Assembly: GCA_018700895.1 (NCBI GenBank)
Contig: JABIUV010000007.1
Location: 80,154-144,153, forward strand
DNA from: Bacteroidota bacterium
GTDB lineage: Bacteria > Bacteroidota > Bacteroidia > NS11-12g > UBA9320
Direction: 5' to 3'
DNA: 64,000 nt
Shown: in pieces, positions 12,170-21,365 of the stretch
Position numbering within the stretch: the first letter of the stretch is position 1
How the letters are laid out: each line of letters starts with the position of its first letter
Position numbers and translations under genes: made by a program
Notes under the pieces: generated by a model
What the model was told of the DNA's origin: nothing
Seen by the model: the letters and a program-made list of their open reading frames with translations, nothing else
Database searches by the model: none

Positions 12170-14388
12170 TAAAGTTTTACAAACTTAGCAGAAGCACGTT
12201 GTCCGCTATCGTTGGTAAATTCTAATAAGTAAATTCCACTGTTAAGAGTTGCCACATTTACAGTAGCAGTACCGCTTACTTGCTCAGTGAATAGTATTCT
12301 TCCGTCTAATCCTTTTACCGCTACCTGACCAATGGCATTACTAGCAGTTTTGATAGTGATTACATTACTTGTAGGGTTAGGGTAAAAAGACACACCCAAT
12401 GCTTTGAAACTAGGTACAGAAATAGTAGATGTATCAGCAGCATATTTTGCTGAATCTAAAGCTGGAGTGAAACCTTGCAGGTCATCATTGTTTCTTGGCT
12501 TAACAGCGTAGTTGCCAAAACCATAATACATAAGGCCTACTAAAGCATCCATCTCCATATCTTTGGTAGCCTCTACTAGCGGCACTTCTAATATACCATC
12601 TAGTGTTTCGTAAGCAGAGTCAGAAAGCACAGACACCCATAGTGAAGAGTTGTTATTGTTATTCTTTACCCCAGTTTGTACTTTAGTGCTATTGTCATAA
12701 TCGGCAGCAGTATCGTTAGACACAGTCCACTCACCAAATGGGTTAAACTGTGGGTCAGAAATCTTAACCTTTCCTGCGGCATTCACCATCTTCACTAGCA
12801 TACTCTCATATTTCTCGTATCCATTATCTGCTCTTCCTGCTGCATCACTTACGGGTAATTCTATTGGAGTAATCTCCGCAGTATTTCCAGTCTTGGTTAC
12901 AGAGCTAACGATGATTTCTGTAAAACCAAATGACTCCGAAACCTCACCTGTTACTTCTACCTCTTCCGTTCTCCATAGGTCAAGTAAATCTGCACTACCT
13001 CTAAGGTGTATACCACCCCACTCCGTAGCATCTTTATCTTGTATGTATATATCTTCTAAGTCATAAGGCTTAGCACTTGCGGTTACATATCCTTTTACTG
13101 TAACTACTTGGCCTCTGTATGGACTAGCATCTGAACTTGGATCTAGTACGTACTGAAGGTCAACGATACTAAGTCCGTTATCTCTTGCGGTGTAAAAAGC
13201 AGTTGCTCCAGTAGCTGCACTTGCGGTAAACGGCTCAAAGCTCTCGTTTGCGTCATTGTCGGTAGCTTTGATGTAGTACTTTACAATAGTGCCATCAGCT
13301 GCACTAGGAATAGTTGCTTCAAACTCGTCCGTAGAACCTGCTTTAAGTGTCATTGGTACAGCCGTGAAACTTGCATTTGCAGCATTTACGTCTGTTGTAT
13401 AGTATAACGTTTGGCTCGCTACCGTACCGTTAAAGTCAATAATCTTAGCGGCAATAGTAGCAGCATCAGAACTTGTAGGTACTAGAGGCATTCTTGTTAC
13501 CTCAGTAATACTTGGAGGAGTATCACCCAGTTTGTAATGACTTGTGTCAAATGGATTAATCTCATATCCTCTTCCTGTACCACCTGTACATCCATTTTCA
13601 GAATGAACGATAATACCCGTAATAGATTCAAACTGAGATCCTACTATAGGCGTTACAAATTCGCCAGTTGTCTGTGGGCTAGAAGCATTTCTTGGTTCCC
13701 AACTTGGCAATTTTTGAGCTAAAAATCTATCTGACACATTGATTACGTTTCCATTTACATCACTCACATCAAAACTAACACGGGTACCACCACTAAATGA
13801 ACTTACGGCTACTACGGTTAGATTTTCTATCGTAACTAGTGAGCCTTCCCAAGCTTCTCCAGTACCTAAATTATTTACTCTACTTGCATCATTAAGCAAT
13901 CCAAGGTTGATAGTAACGGGAGCTGGTGCTGCGGTAGTACCTATTACAGTTACAGAAGATGCATCTGAAGGGTAAATCTGTGTTTCACCACTAAAACTTC
14001 CTACTTCTCCAATTACTTCTACGATCATTCCAGCTACAAGGTTATCTAATGCAGTTACGGGTTGACTCTGTCCGCCATCTTCGTAAACACCGTGAATCTG
14101 AACAGCTGAGAAGTCTCCCATCATTGCACCACTTGCTGTATCCATAAGATGTACACCTGGTCTGTATCCTCCATTCACAGATCCTGAAGAAACTTCAGTT
14201 AGATTACCATCGTGCATTACGATTCCTACAGTTTTCACTGTTTGACCAGCATAAGCACTTGCATCATCACACGCAGCAAGATCTGTTGGACTTACATACT
14301 GAATGTCTCTAACAGACACACTTGTTTGAGCATTTACACCTAAGATTGTTACTAATCCTAAGGCTAAAACGAGTAATTGTTTTTTCAT
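12169..14388 (-). CDS. T9SS type A-secreted protein with two ExeM/YhcR-like OB-fold modules
   Basis: Internal duplication (DIQY..SAYAGQTVKTVGIV..EAWEGSLV / DLQY..SPYRGQVVTVKGYVTA..EKYESMLV); C-terminus YPNPTS...SGIYLL...KFVKL. Confidence 0.8.
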   Translation of the reverse strand: MKKQLLVLALGLVTILGVNAQTSVSVRDIQYVSPTDLAACDDASAYAGQTVKTVGIVMHDGNLTEVSSGSVNGGYRPGVHLMDTASGAMMGDFSAVQIHGVYEDGGQSQPVTALDNLVAGMIVEVIGEVGSFSGETQIYPSDASSVTVIGTTAAPAPVTINLGLLNDASRVNNLGTGEAWEGSLVTIENLTVVAVSSFSGGTRVSFDVSDVNGNVINVSDRFLAQKLPSWEPRNASSPQTTGEFVTPIVGSQFESITGIIVHSENGCTGGTGRGYEINPFDTSHYKLGDTPPSITEVTRMPLVPTSSDAATIAAKIIDFNGTVASQTLYYTTDVNAANASFTAVPMTLKAGSTDEFEATIPSAADGTIVKYYIKATDNDANESFEPFTASAATGATAFYTARDNGLSIVDLQYVLDPSSDASPYRGQVVTVKGYVTASAKPYDLEDIYIQDKDATEWGGIHLRGSADLLDLWRTEEVEVTGEVSESFGFTEIIVSSVTKTGNTAEITPIELPVSDAAGRADNGYEKYESMLVKMVNAAGKVKISDPQFNPFGEWTVSNDTAADYDNSTKVQTGVKNNNNNSSLWVSVLSDSAYETLDGILEVPLVEATKDMEMDALVGLMYYGFGNYAVKPRNNDDLQGFTPALDSAKYAADTSTISVPSFKALGVSFYPNPTSNVITIKTASNAIGQVAVKGLDGRILFTEQVSGTATVNVATLNSGIYLLEFTNDSGQRASAKFVKL

Positions 14389-14409
14389 TTTTTATTTGTT
14401 TTAAAATTT

Positions 14410-16533
14410 TTATTTAATCACGGCAAACTTGCTTTTATACAACTTGCCTGTATCTAAGTCTTTTACGGTAAATATATATATGCCCCTAGCAATGATTTGT
14501 GTATTCTCGGTCAATAAATCCCAAGCATGCTCTCCTCCACTGTATACATTCTGTGATACGTCCTCCGCCCCAAATGTTTGATTCCAGCGAATGTCGCTTC
14601 CGTCATACTGAGCATTATGAGTTATTTGGTCCAAGAAATCTCCTGCTGCCGAAAAAACCGTGATTTCACAATTGGCTGGCAAATTAGCAAAGTACAATTT
14701 CCTGCTCTGCTCCTGAAAAGAACTTACTCCTTCCCAACTTGCTCCTGCATAATATGGATTAGGATAGGCAAATGGCAAATTGGTAGTGAGATTTTCATTT
14801 ACTGGCTTACCTGCAAATGCTCTATAATTATTGGCCAACGGGCTACTCTCCAAACTCTCTAAGTTGCTCTCTTCATTGCCTCTATCAAATGCGGTAACCG
14901 AAATAGCATACTGCCATCCGTTAAGCACATTCTCTATGGTGTATTTATATTCATAATCTGTATCGTCCCCCTCAAATATAGCTGGATCTGCCAAACGCAC
15001 CGCATCAAAACCAATCTCATAATTAAAGCCATTGTCGGCGATATCATACTCGCCTATCTTTACCAAATCACGTTGCAAGTTAGGCACGTTGGTTACGTCA
15101 AATCCAAGTTTGGTCATATACAAACGGTACCCTTCAAAGTCTTTTATCTGACTAATAGGATCAATGCTTTCCTCTGCATTGTCGTCCCAATATATTTCTA
15201 TCTTATTGTCCGATGTTACCACCTTAGTATTTGGAATCTCCGGTGGAGCAGGAAGGATAAATCGGGTCAACTCACCATCACCATCCAAATCCTCATCCGC
15301 ATCTAGCACTCCATTAAAATTGACATCTTCACCTTTGTAGGCTGTCTGTGCCCAACTAGCATTGGCCAAGAATGTACTTTGTTGCGTGCTGTTATTTTCA
15401 CTATTAGGACTGCCGTCTTCTTTTTTCTTGCCAAAAATGAATGCGTAACTTACCTTGATTTTATCTCCTGGAGTAAAATCTAAGAATGGACCTACCGAAA
15501 CTAAGTCGGAACGATTACCCGCCTGATTGAGCTGCTCCACATAACTACGTGACCCACAACTTGAGTTGGTAGTATTATCCGCATCCCAACACGGATGGTC
15601 GTTAAGACCTCGGGTCATTTTTTGATACCGTGTATTATCATTGGTCGGTTGGAAGTAGATAGGGTCTGAAGTACTATTAAACTGCCACGCATTGTAGTGT
15701 GCATTAAAACGCGTATTTGCATCTGGGTGCTGAAAACCATTTTTGTCCTCTGCTCCTAGAAATTTTTGCCCAACGTAGCTATCCGTAAACCCGACATCGC
15801 CTGAGTTATCATAGCAATACGCCATTTGCAGACTATCAAAGTAGCCGTTACCCCCTTTGTTATAAAAAGCAGCACCTCCGCTACCTGCAGGAGTGATATT
15901 AATATTACGTACTACCGTATTGGCCCAAAGTCCGAAGTATGCGGAATCGATGGCATTAGCTCCAGTGTTTTCTATTTCAAAATCGAGAATAACAAAGAAG
16001 TCGCTAAAAGAATAATTCCAATTGTACGAACGAGCGGTGACCTCTACATTCAGCGGGTCCAAATGCCCCGCAATCTGTGTTTGTGTTCCGGGTACTTGTA
16101 CGTTTCTGTCCGAATATGTCGCTATAAAATCTTGATGCGAAACTGCGGTAGGAGTATAGTAAGGACTATTTCGGAGAGAAGAAGCCTCTCTCAGTGCGGC
16201 TCCTTGTTCTGGATAAAACTCGAAACCCGAAGATCCCGTACTGTATCCCTGCGGTGCGTCTACAGCTGCAGTACTTACTGCCACGGTACTACCATTTATC
16301 AATCCTCCAAACCAAATTCCACTCTCAAAAACGTGCTCCACACCACTACCTGCGGGGTACTCACCACTCGGGTTTCCACTACCGTCGCGGTAGCCACGCA
16401 TGGCATTACCAAAGGTTCCTGAGTTAGAAACATTGAGACGTACGTTAGAAGAGTTGGTGACTTTTTCGTCGAATGACTGTGCCGAAACACCTGCACTCAA
16501 CAGTAATATTGCTATAAAAGCGTGAAATTTCAT
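14410..16533 (-). CDS. Secreted protein with FN3-like domain and variant T9SS-like (PNPY) C-terminal domain
   Basis: Signal peptide; GEYPAGSGVEH N-domain; DxNxNG/DxDGDG Ca-binding-like loops; DFEGYRLY; YPNPYY...WDLLT...RGIYIF...KFAVIK. Confidence 0.75.
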   Translation of the reverse strand: MKFHAFIAILLLSAGVSAQSFDEKVTNSSNVRLNVSNSGTFGNAMRGYRDGSGNPSGEYPAGSGVEHVFESGIWFGGLINGSTVAVSTAAVDAPQGYSTGSSGFEFYPEQGAALREASSLRNSPYYTPTAVSHQDFIATYSDRNVQVPGTQTQIAGHLDPLNVEVTARSYNWNYSFSDFFVILDFEIENTGANAIDSAYFGLWANTVVRNINITPAGSGGAAFYNKGGNGYFDSLQMAYCYDNSGDVGFTDSYVGQKFLGAEDKNGFQHPDANTRFNAHYNAWQFNSTSDPIYFQPTNDNTRYQKMTRGLNDHPCWDADNTTNSSCGSRSYVEQLNQAGNRSDLVSVGPFLDFTPGDKIKVSYAFIFGKKKEDGSPNSENNSTQQSTFLANASWAQTAYKGEDVNFNGVLDADEDLDGDGELTRFILPAPPEIPNTKVVTSDNKIEIYWDDNAEESIDPISQIKDFEGYRLYMTKLGFDVTNVPNLQRDLVKIGEYDIADNGFNYEIGFDAVRLADPAIFEGDDTDYEYKYTIENVLNGWQYAISVTAFDRGNEESNLESLESSPLANNYRAFAGKPVNENLTTNLPFAYPNPYYAGASWEGVSSFQEQSRKLYFANLPANCEITVFSAAGDFLDQITHNAQYDGSDIRWNQTFGAEDVSQNVYSGGEHAWDLLTENTQIIARGIYIFTVKDLDTGKLYKSKFAVIK

Positions 16534-16549
16534 CTACAAATTAGGACTG

Positions 16550-16557
16550 CAAATATA
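16550..16557 (-). promoter_or_regulatory. Bacteroidota -7 promoter element (TATATTTG) for the surface operon
   Basis: Exact match to the TAnnTTTG consensus, 16 nt upstream of the ATG at 16533. Confidence 0.65.
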
Positions 16558-16588
16558 AAGTTATGATGCGGCCCTATGTTACCAAAAC

Positions 16589-17269
16589 TTAAAATTTAGG
16601 CTTTGGCTTTGTCACAAATACTGACTTGATGTAATTTGGCTCATAATACGCCATATCCTCAAACATTTTTTGCTCCCATTTTTGCAATGCCTCTGGCAAT
16701 AAATGCTTCGCATAAAGTGCTGAATTACAAATAGATAAGACACTATCCAATTCAAATTCCTCAACCCATTTGGCTGCTCCACTTCCCACGGCTATGGTTT
16801 TACCCTTGGCGTAATCCACAGCTAGTTGTTTATCTAATGTGACAAAATGCTCTTTTACGCGTGTTTGCTGTTGGGCATTAAATACACCTAAATAGGCATC
16901 CATACGGCGAGCGTCTATGACAGAAAGTATCGTGTCTAACGCTTTATTTTCCTCTAAGGCAGATACGGCTAACGCTCGTAATGTAGAACATGCGATAAGC
17001 GGAATGCCTGCTCCAAAACACAATCCTTTGGCCAAACTTACACCTATGCGTAACCCTGTATACGAACCCGGACCACCTCCTACTACTACCGCATCCAAAT
17101 CTTTGGGAGTTATTTGGGCAGCTTGTAGTACCTCATCTACAAACGAGGCCAAGTACGTAGAATGCGAATTGGGCTCTTGCACGTGCTTTTCGGCAACGAC
17201 ACTATCTCCTTGAGAGATGGCTACCGAACATACATCACCACTAGACTCTATGAGCAATAACTTTGGCAT
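16589..17269 (-). CDS. tsaB: tRNA threonylcarbamoyladenosine biosynthesis protein TsaB
   Basis: GPGSYTGLRIG, IDARRM, YYEPNY; start moved to MPKLLLIESS behind TACATTTG. Confidence 0.93.
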   Translation of the reverse strand: MPKLLLIESSGDVCSVAISQGDSVVAEKHVQEPNSHSTYLASFVDEVLQAAQITPKDLDAVVVGGGPGSYTGLRIGVSLAKGLCFGAGIPLIACSTLRALAVSALEENKALDTILSVIDARRMDAYLGVFNAQQQTRVKEHFVTLDKQLAVDYAKGKTIAVGSGAAKWVEEFELDSVLSICNSALYAKHLLPEALQKWEQKMFEDMAYYEPNYIKSVFVTKPKPKF

Positions 17270-17501
17270 TTTAGAGCTGCAAATGTAAACCAAAGGATTC
17301 GGAGCAAGACAACTTGAATCCGAAGCCAAAACTTTGGCAGTCCGAAGTAACCCCAAAGTATTTTGGCAAAATAAGTTGCAAATGTTTTGACGACGAATAA
17401 CTAGATACGAACAATCATTAATTGTCTAAAATAAAATATCACCAAATAAAAGTCAACATAGCAGAAATGCCCAAGTGTGTCAAAACTGTATTTTTGCAGT
17501 A

Positions 17502-18581
17502 CTGCAAAAAATTTTTGTAACACTACTACTGCTCGGTCACATCTACACCTTTGGCCAATCTAAAAAAGAGCAAATTACCATCTTACAGTCGAAGTTAGAA
17601 CAATGCCACCTGCAGGATTCGTTATTTAGAAAAGCCTGCGAGGAAAAACTAAATAAATACTCCGATTATATTGATCAACTTAAAGCTCAACAGTCTTTGC
17701 TAGAAAAGCACATATCGAGTCTAAATGATTCATTGAAACAAGACAATGAGCAAAGAAATTCACTGTACAATAAACTGACACTATGTAATCAGGCATTGAG
17801 AAATACCCGGGATAGTCTCGAATTCGCACAACAGGAATTAGCCGATATAAACTTGGCAAGCAACAACAATCAAACGGGTGATTTTTTAAATAATTATTAT
17901 ATCAATAGACAGCCAATTAATACGACTTTAGGCTTTCAACTCGCCAAAATAGTAACTTTTAACGGTGATCCATATTACAATAGTAATTCAATCCCTAACA
18001 TTCATAACGCGAACGAATTTTACTTACGCCATGTTCCTGATGGCAAGAACCTGAGTAAATGTGATGAAAAAACGCTAATGGAGAAAAAGAACATTTCGTT
18101 TGTGAATAAATTGATGCCGAGCATCGAGATTCTAAAAAACAAGTTGGTGACCATGAATTACCGTGATGGAAAAGACGAAAACCTACTATTTAACCTAACC
18201 AACAAACCATTAGAAGTAGATGAATCTCTAGAAATTAGGTTAACAAGCGAAGAAGTAAACAACTCATACGAAGGTGGAGACATTGCGTGGTCGATACGTC
18301 AAATAAATAATGATACCTATTTGGCCCTTAGTTGGGGTCAATTAAAAAGATTGGGTGTAAAATTATCATCTGAGCCAAATAAGATAACATATCTCACGTC
18401 AAAAGGGTATGAGTACAACCTCAATATCAGTGCTTTGCCGGATAAAAATTACAGCAATAAACCATTAACAGCTATAGAGAGATGCTGGCTTTTTAGAAAA
18501 AGAAACCATGTCTTGACCGAGGATACACTCGTAGAATCCGAACATTGTATTTTCTTATTTAAGCTTACCGAAGAAGGCTAA
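17502..18581 (+). CDS. Hypothetical exported protein with N-terminal coiled coil
   Basis: Long ORF; signal-peptide-like QKIFVTLLLLGHIYTFG begins at a CTG codon (the track starts at GTG 17475); heptad-rich N-terminus. Confidence 0.6.
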   Translation: MQKIFVTLLLLGHIYTFGQSKKEQITILQSKLEQCHLQDSLFRKACEEKLNKYSDYIDQLKAQQSLLEKHISSLNDSLKQDNEQRNSLYNKLTLCNQALRNTRDSLEFAQQELADINLASNNNQTGDFLNNYYINRQPINTTLGFQLAKIVTFNGDPYYNSNSIPNIHNANEFYLRHVPDGKNLSKCDEKTLMEKKNISFVNKLMPSIEILKNKLVTMNYRDGKDENLLFNLTNKPLEVDESLEIRLTSEEVNNSYEGGDIAWSIRQINNDTYLALSWGQLKRLGVKLSSEPNKITYLTSKGYEYNLNISALPDKNYSNKPLTAIERCWLFRKRNHVLTEDTLVESEHCIFLFKLTEEG

Positions 18582-18931
18582 AAGAAAGGCGACATCAAGA
18601 GCCTCTAGATTCTAATGAGCATAGCTCAAAAAACCTCATGTACTCCCTTGCCTTATTTCCTTTGTCCCGTGTATCTAATTCGTCGACCCTCAAAAAGCAC
18701 TTTCAAATCGTTGGATAAAGAGTTAAACCTATTCTAAAATTAAGTTGAAGGTTATTCGTTGACTTTACCAATTGCAGGATAAGCAAAAAAACCTGCCTTG
18801 TAGCAAATAGCAAGTCTTTTGGTGATGGATTATTTTAAAGCATTAGCCACTTAAAGGTCACCTAAGAATTTTTAAAAATGTATAACTCAAACAAATCCTA
18901 TCACTCGCTCAATATCACAAAAAACTGTACT

Positions 18932-18966
18932 TTTAGCGAGCAATAGACTTGTTAATGCTCGCTAAA
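18932..18966. terminator. Hairpin between convergent genes
   Basis: tttagcgagca...tgctcgctaaa inverted repeat. Confidence 0.5.
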
Positions 18967-19024
18967 TCTATGCTAAACTTTAATTTTTAGTGAGCATTAG
19001 GCGATGCTTAGCGTCTTAGGATTA

Positions 19025-20341
19025 CTACTTATCTGCCCATCCAGGCCCTTCGGTAATCCACTCTTCATGTTGGAACAGGTGCCATTCTGCCTTGGCCATA
19101 TCGTACATAGGATCTATGAGTGGTTTCGGGTTTCGGAAGTTTAGGCTCACATTTACCAAAGCATATATCTCACAACTGTCCGTATATTGTTCTTTCAGAA
19201 ACTGGCAGTACTGCCATACCATATCTGGATGTATAGCCATCGTACGATATTGCTTATAACTCATATCTGCTCGCGGGTCACGTACGACCTTAGTTCCGTC
19301 CGTTTTTGTCACATGAAAAGTAGCTGAACCACTCTTGCTCCGCAGCATCATTCGCCAACTTAGTTTGTGCCCCTCTTCCGTCCAAAATACATTGCCAGGA
19401 ATAGCATGGTGACGAAGTGGTAAGAGTATTTTCACCGCAAAGAATAGAAAGAATGTAGTGGTGGCTATTTTACTAAATCGTGCAGTTGGAGGTGAGAGAT
19501 CTGCACTATGATGATTCTTAATTCTAAACCATTTGCGTAGTTTATCTGATGGGTAAAAAAGCACACAGGCCCCAATCATCATATACGGGAAAGTGCCTAT
19601 CTGAAAAGTGATGCTATTCATCACATGAAAATATACTCCCAACCAAAAAGCGTACTTACGTGTAGGTTTCCAAAGCAAAGCAGGTATCACCAATAAGTCA
19701 AATGCAATACCACCCCACGACATTAATAATGCCTGAAAATCAGACTGATATAAGAAACCAATAGCCGAATTTCGCTTGTTTGCTAGCCATTGTGTAAGCG
19801 GAATACCATTTAGCCAATCCGGATAAATCTTGGCCACAGCAGCATAGAAAAATACGATGAGAAGTAACCATACGAACATTTGTAAGTACAGGTTATAACA
19901 TTGAGATAGCGGCGTGACTCTTCCCGCTTTCGCATCCAAACTCAGTGTCCTATGAGCAGGCACCATACACATCATCATACAAAGCAGTGCCATTAGGTAA
20001 TGGTGGTTGTTGTACGAGGTTTTATGCATGAGGTACACCCCTAGCCAACCTACGGTGAGTAAAACTATGAATAGCCTATAACGATAACCCAATATTACTC
20101 CAATAGCAAAAACACCAAGCAGGCTAAACCATACATACATGCCATATCCTGGTAGTGGCTGCAGGAACTCGAATCCTATAAAATTGAATGTAAACAGCGG
20201 TGGATCAAGATACACTTGCTTTACCCAACCTACGGCGATGGCTCCCCATGTCTCGAAAAACATAACCAACCCAAATACCACACGCCATAGCACAATAGGG
20301 GTGTTGTCGATAGGTTTAAAAAGGTAGTGCTGAAATCGCAT
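19025..20341 (-). CDS. HTTM domain / vitamin K-dependent gamma-carboxylase-like membrane protein
   Basis: YNNHHYL, AKIYPDWLNG, IGTFPY, WTEEGHKLSWRMMLRSK; start placed at MRFQHYLF. Confidence 0.9.
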   Translation of the reverse strand: MRFQHYLFKPIDNTPIVLWRVVFGLVMFFETWGAIAVGWVKQVYLDPPLFTFNFIGFEFLQPLPGYGMYVWFSLLGVFAIGVILGYRYRLFIVLLTVGWLGVYLMHKTSYNNHHYLMALLCMMMCMVPAHRTLSLDAKAGRVTPLSQCYNLYLQMFVWLLLIVFFYAAVAKIYPDWLNGIPLTQWLANKRNSAIGFLYQSDFQALLMSWGGIAFDLLVIPALLWKPTRKYAFWLGVYFHVMNSITFQIGTFPYMMIGACVLFYPSDKLRKWFRIKNHHSADLSPPTARFSKIATTTFFLFFAVKILLPLRHHAIPGNVFWTEEGHKLSWRMMLRSKSGSATFHVTKTDGTKVVRDPRADMSYKQYRTMAIHPDMVWQYCQFLKEQYTDSCEIYALVNVSLNFRNPKPLIDPMYDMAKAEWHLFQHEEWITEGPGWADK

Positions 20342-20354
20342 GAACTGACAGCTC

Positions 20355-21332
20355 CTAAAATGCCGAAGGTGCAAACCCAACCACGCTTTGTGTCTGAACA
20401 CCAAGCGGATGTTGATCTGCCGCTTCGGCCGCTAGTCGTCTTGCCTCGGTAGTATTGCCTAGTCGTTCTTGATTGATGGCTAGGTTATGCAGCAGCATGG
20501 CTTTCTTACGACGTTTATCTTCTACCTGGAGTCCGTCTTGCCAAATTTGTGCAGCTTCCTCCCATTTTTCCTGACGTACAGCTATTATACCTCGCTGTAG
20601 TGCATCGTTTCCGTTATCATATAATTTTGCTTGTCGTCTATACTCAATCGGGGACACAGCATTTGCATATCGTTCTCCATAATACACGCCTAAGTTAATC
20701 ATCTCACGACGGTAGTTCTGGTTTAGCAGGTTAGTAGTACGTTGACGTGAGGTAGACTCAGCTTCGTAGAAATAATTGTCTTTTTCTTCCCACTCGTTTA
20801 TTATTTCACCTGTTTTGACATTGTACAACCTCCAGCCCAGTTGCACATCTATTTTTCGCTTACCAATTATGAAATCTACTTCGCGGTAGGTATTATTTCC
20901 TAAATTTTGTCTACGTATTTCGATGGTATAGCTATCCTCTATATGCTGTTCAAATTTCTCCAAGGAAATAACAAGATCACTTCCCAAGCCTACTTGATTC
21001 AGATTTGCCGTAGACATTGCAAGCGGAAAATTACCATTGGCCGTATGCTTAAATTGGTCAGCCTCACTAAGAATACGGAGATAATTTTGACTTCTTATAC
21101 GGCTACGCATAGTATTAAATGCTCCGTTTAGTAGATCTGGGTTATTTGGATTGAGCAGTGTGGTGCTTTCGTTGTACGGATACGCCAGTCTCACTCTATT
21201 GAGTAGAGTTACTGTGCGTGCACCTTGAGGTAAGTCTATCTGAGCATCAGCTACACCGGTTACGTAACTTACTTGCTGCGTACTTGCACAAGCCGATAGA
21301 AAAATGAGGGCGATGAATAAATTCTTTTTCAT
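20355..21332 (-). CDS. Lipoprotein with C-terminal TPR (DUF6340-like)
   Basis: Lipobox LSAC; WRLYN; WEEAAQIW...HNLAI TPR pattern. Confidence 0.7.
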   Translation of the reverse strand: MKKNLFIALIFLSACASTQQVSYVTGVADAQIDLPQGARTVTLLNRVRLAYPYNESTTLLNPNNPDLLNGAFNTMRSRIRSQNYLRILSEADQFKHTANGNFPLAMSTANLNQVGLGSDLVISLEKFEQHIEDSYTIEIRRQNLGNNTYREVDFIIGKRKIDVQLGWRLYNVKTGEIINEWEEKDNYFYEAESTSRQRTTNLLNQNYRREMINLGVYYGERYANAVSPIEYRRQAKLYDNGNDALQRGIIAVRQEKWEEAAQIWQDGLQVEDKRRKKAMLLHNLAINQERLGNTTEARRLAAEAADQHPLGVQTQSVVGFAPSAF

Positions 21333-21365
21333 AAGATGACTACAAAGAAAAAGAAAACTAGGCTG

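Noticed and set aside
18600-18930. Possible gene remnant in the intergenic gap
   Set aside because: Only short (~30-40 codon) frames with no motif I can support
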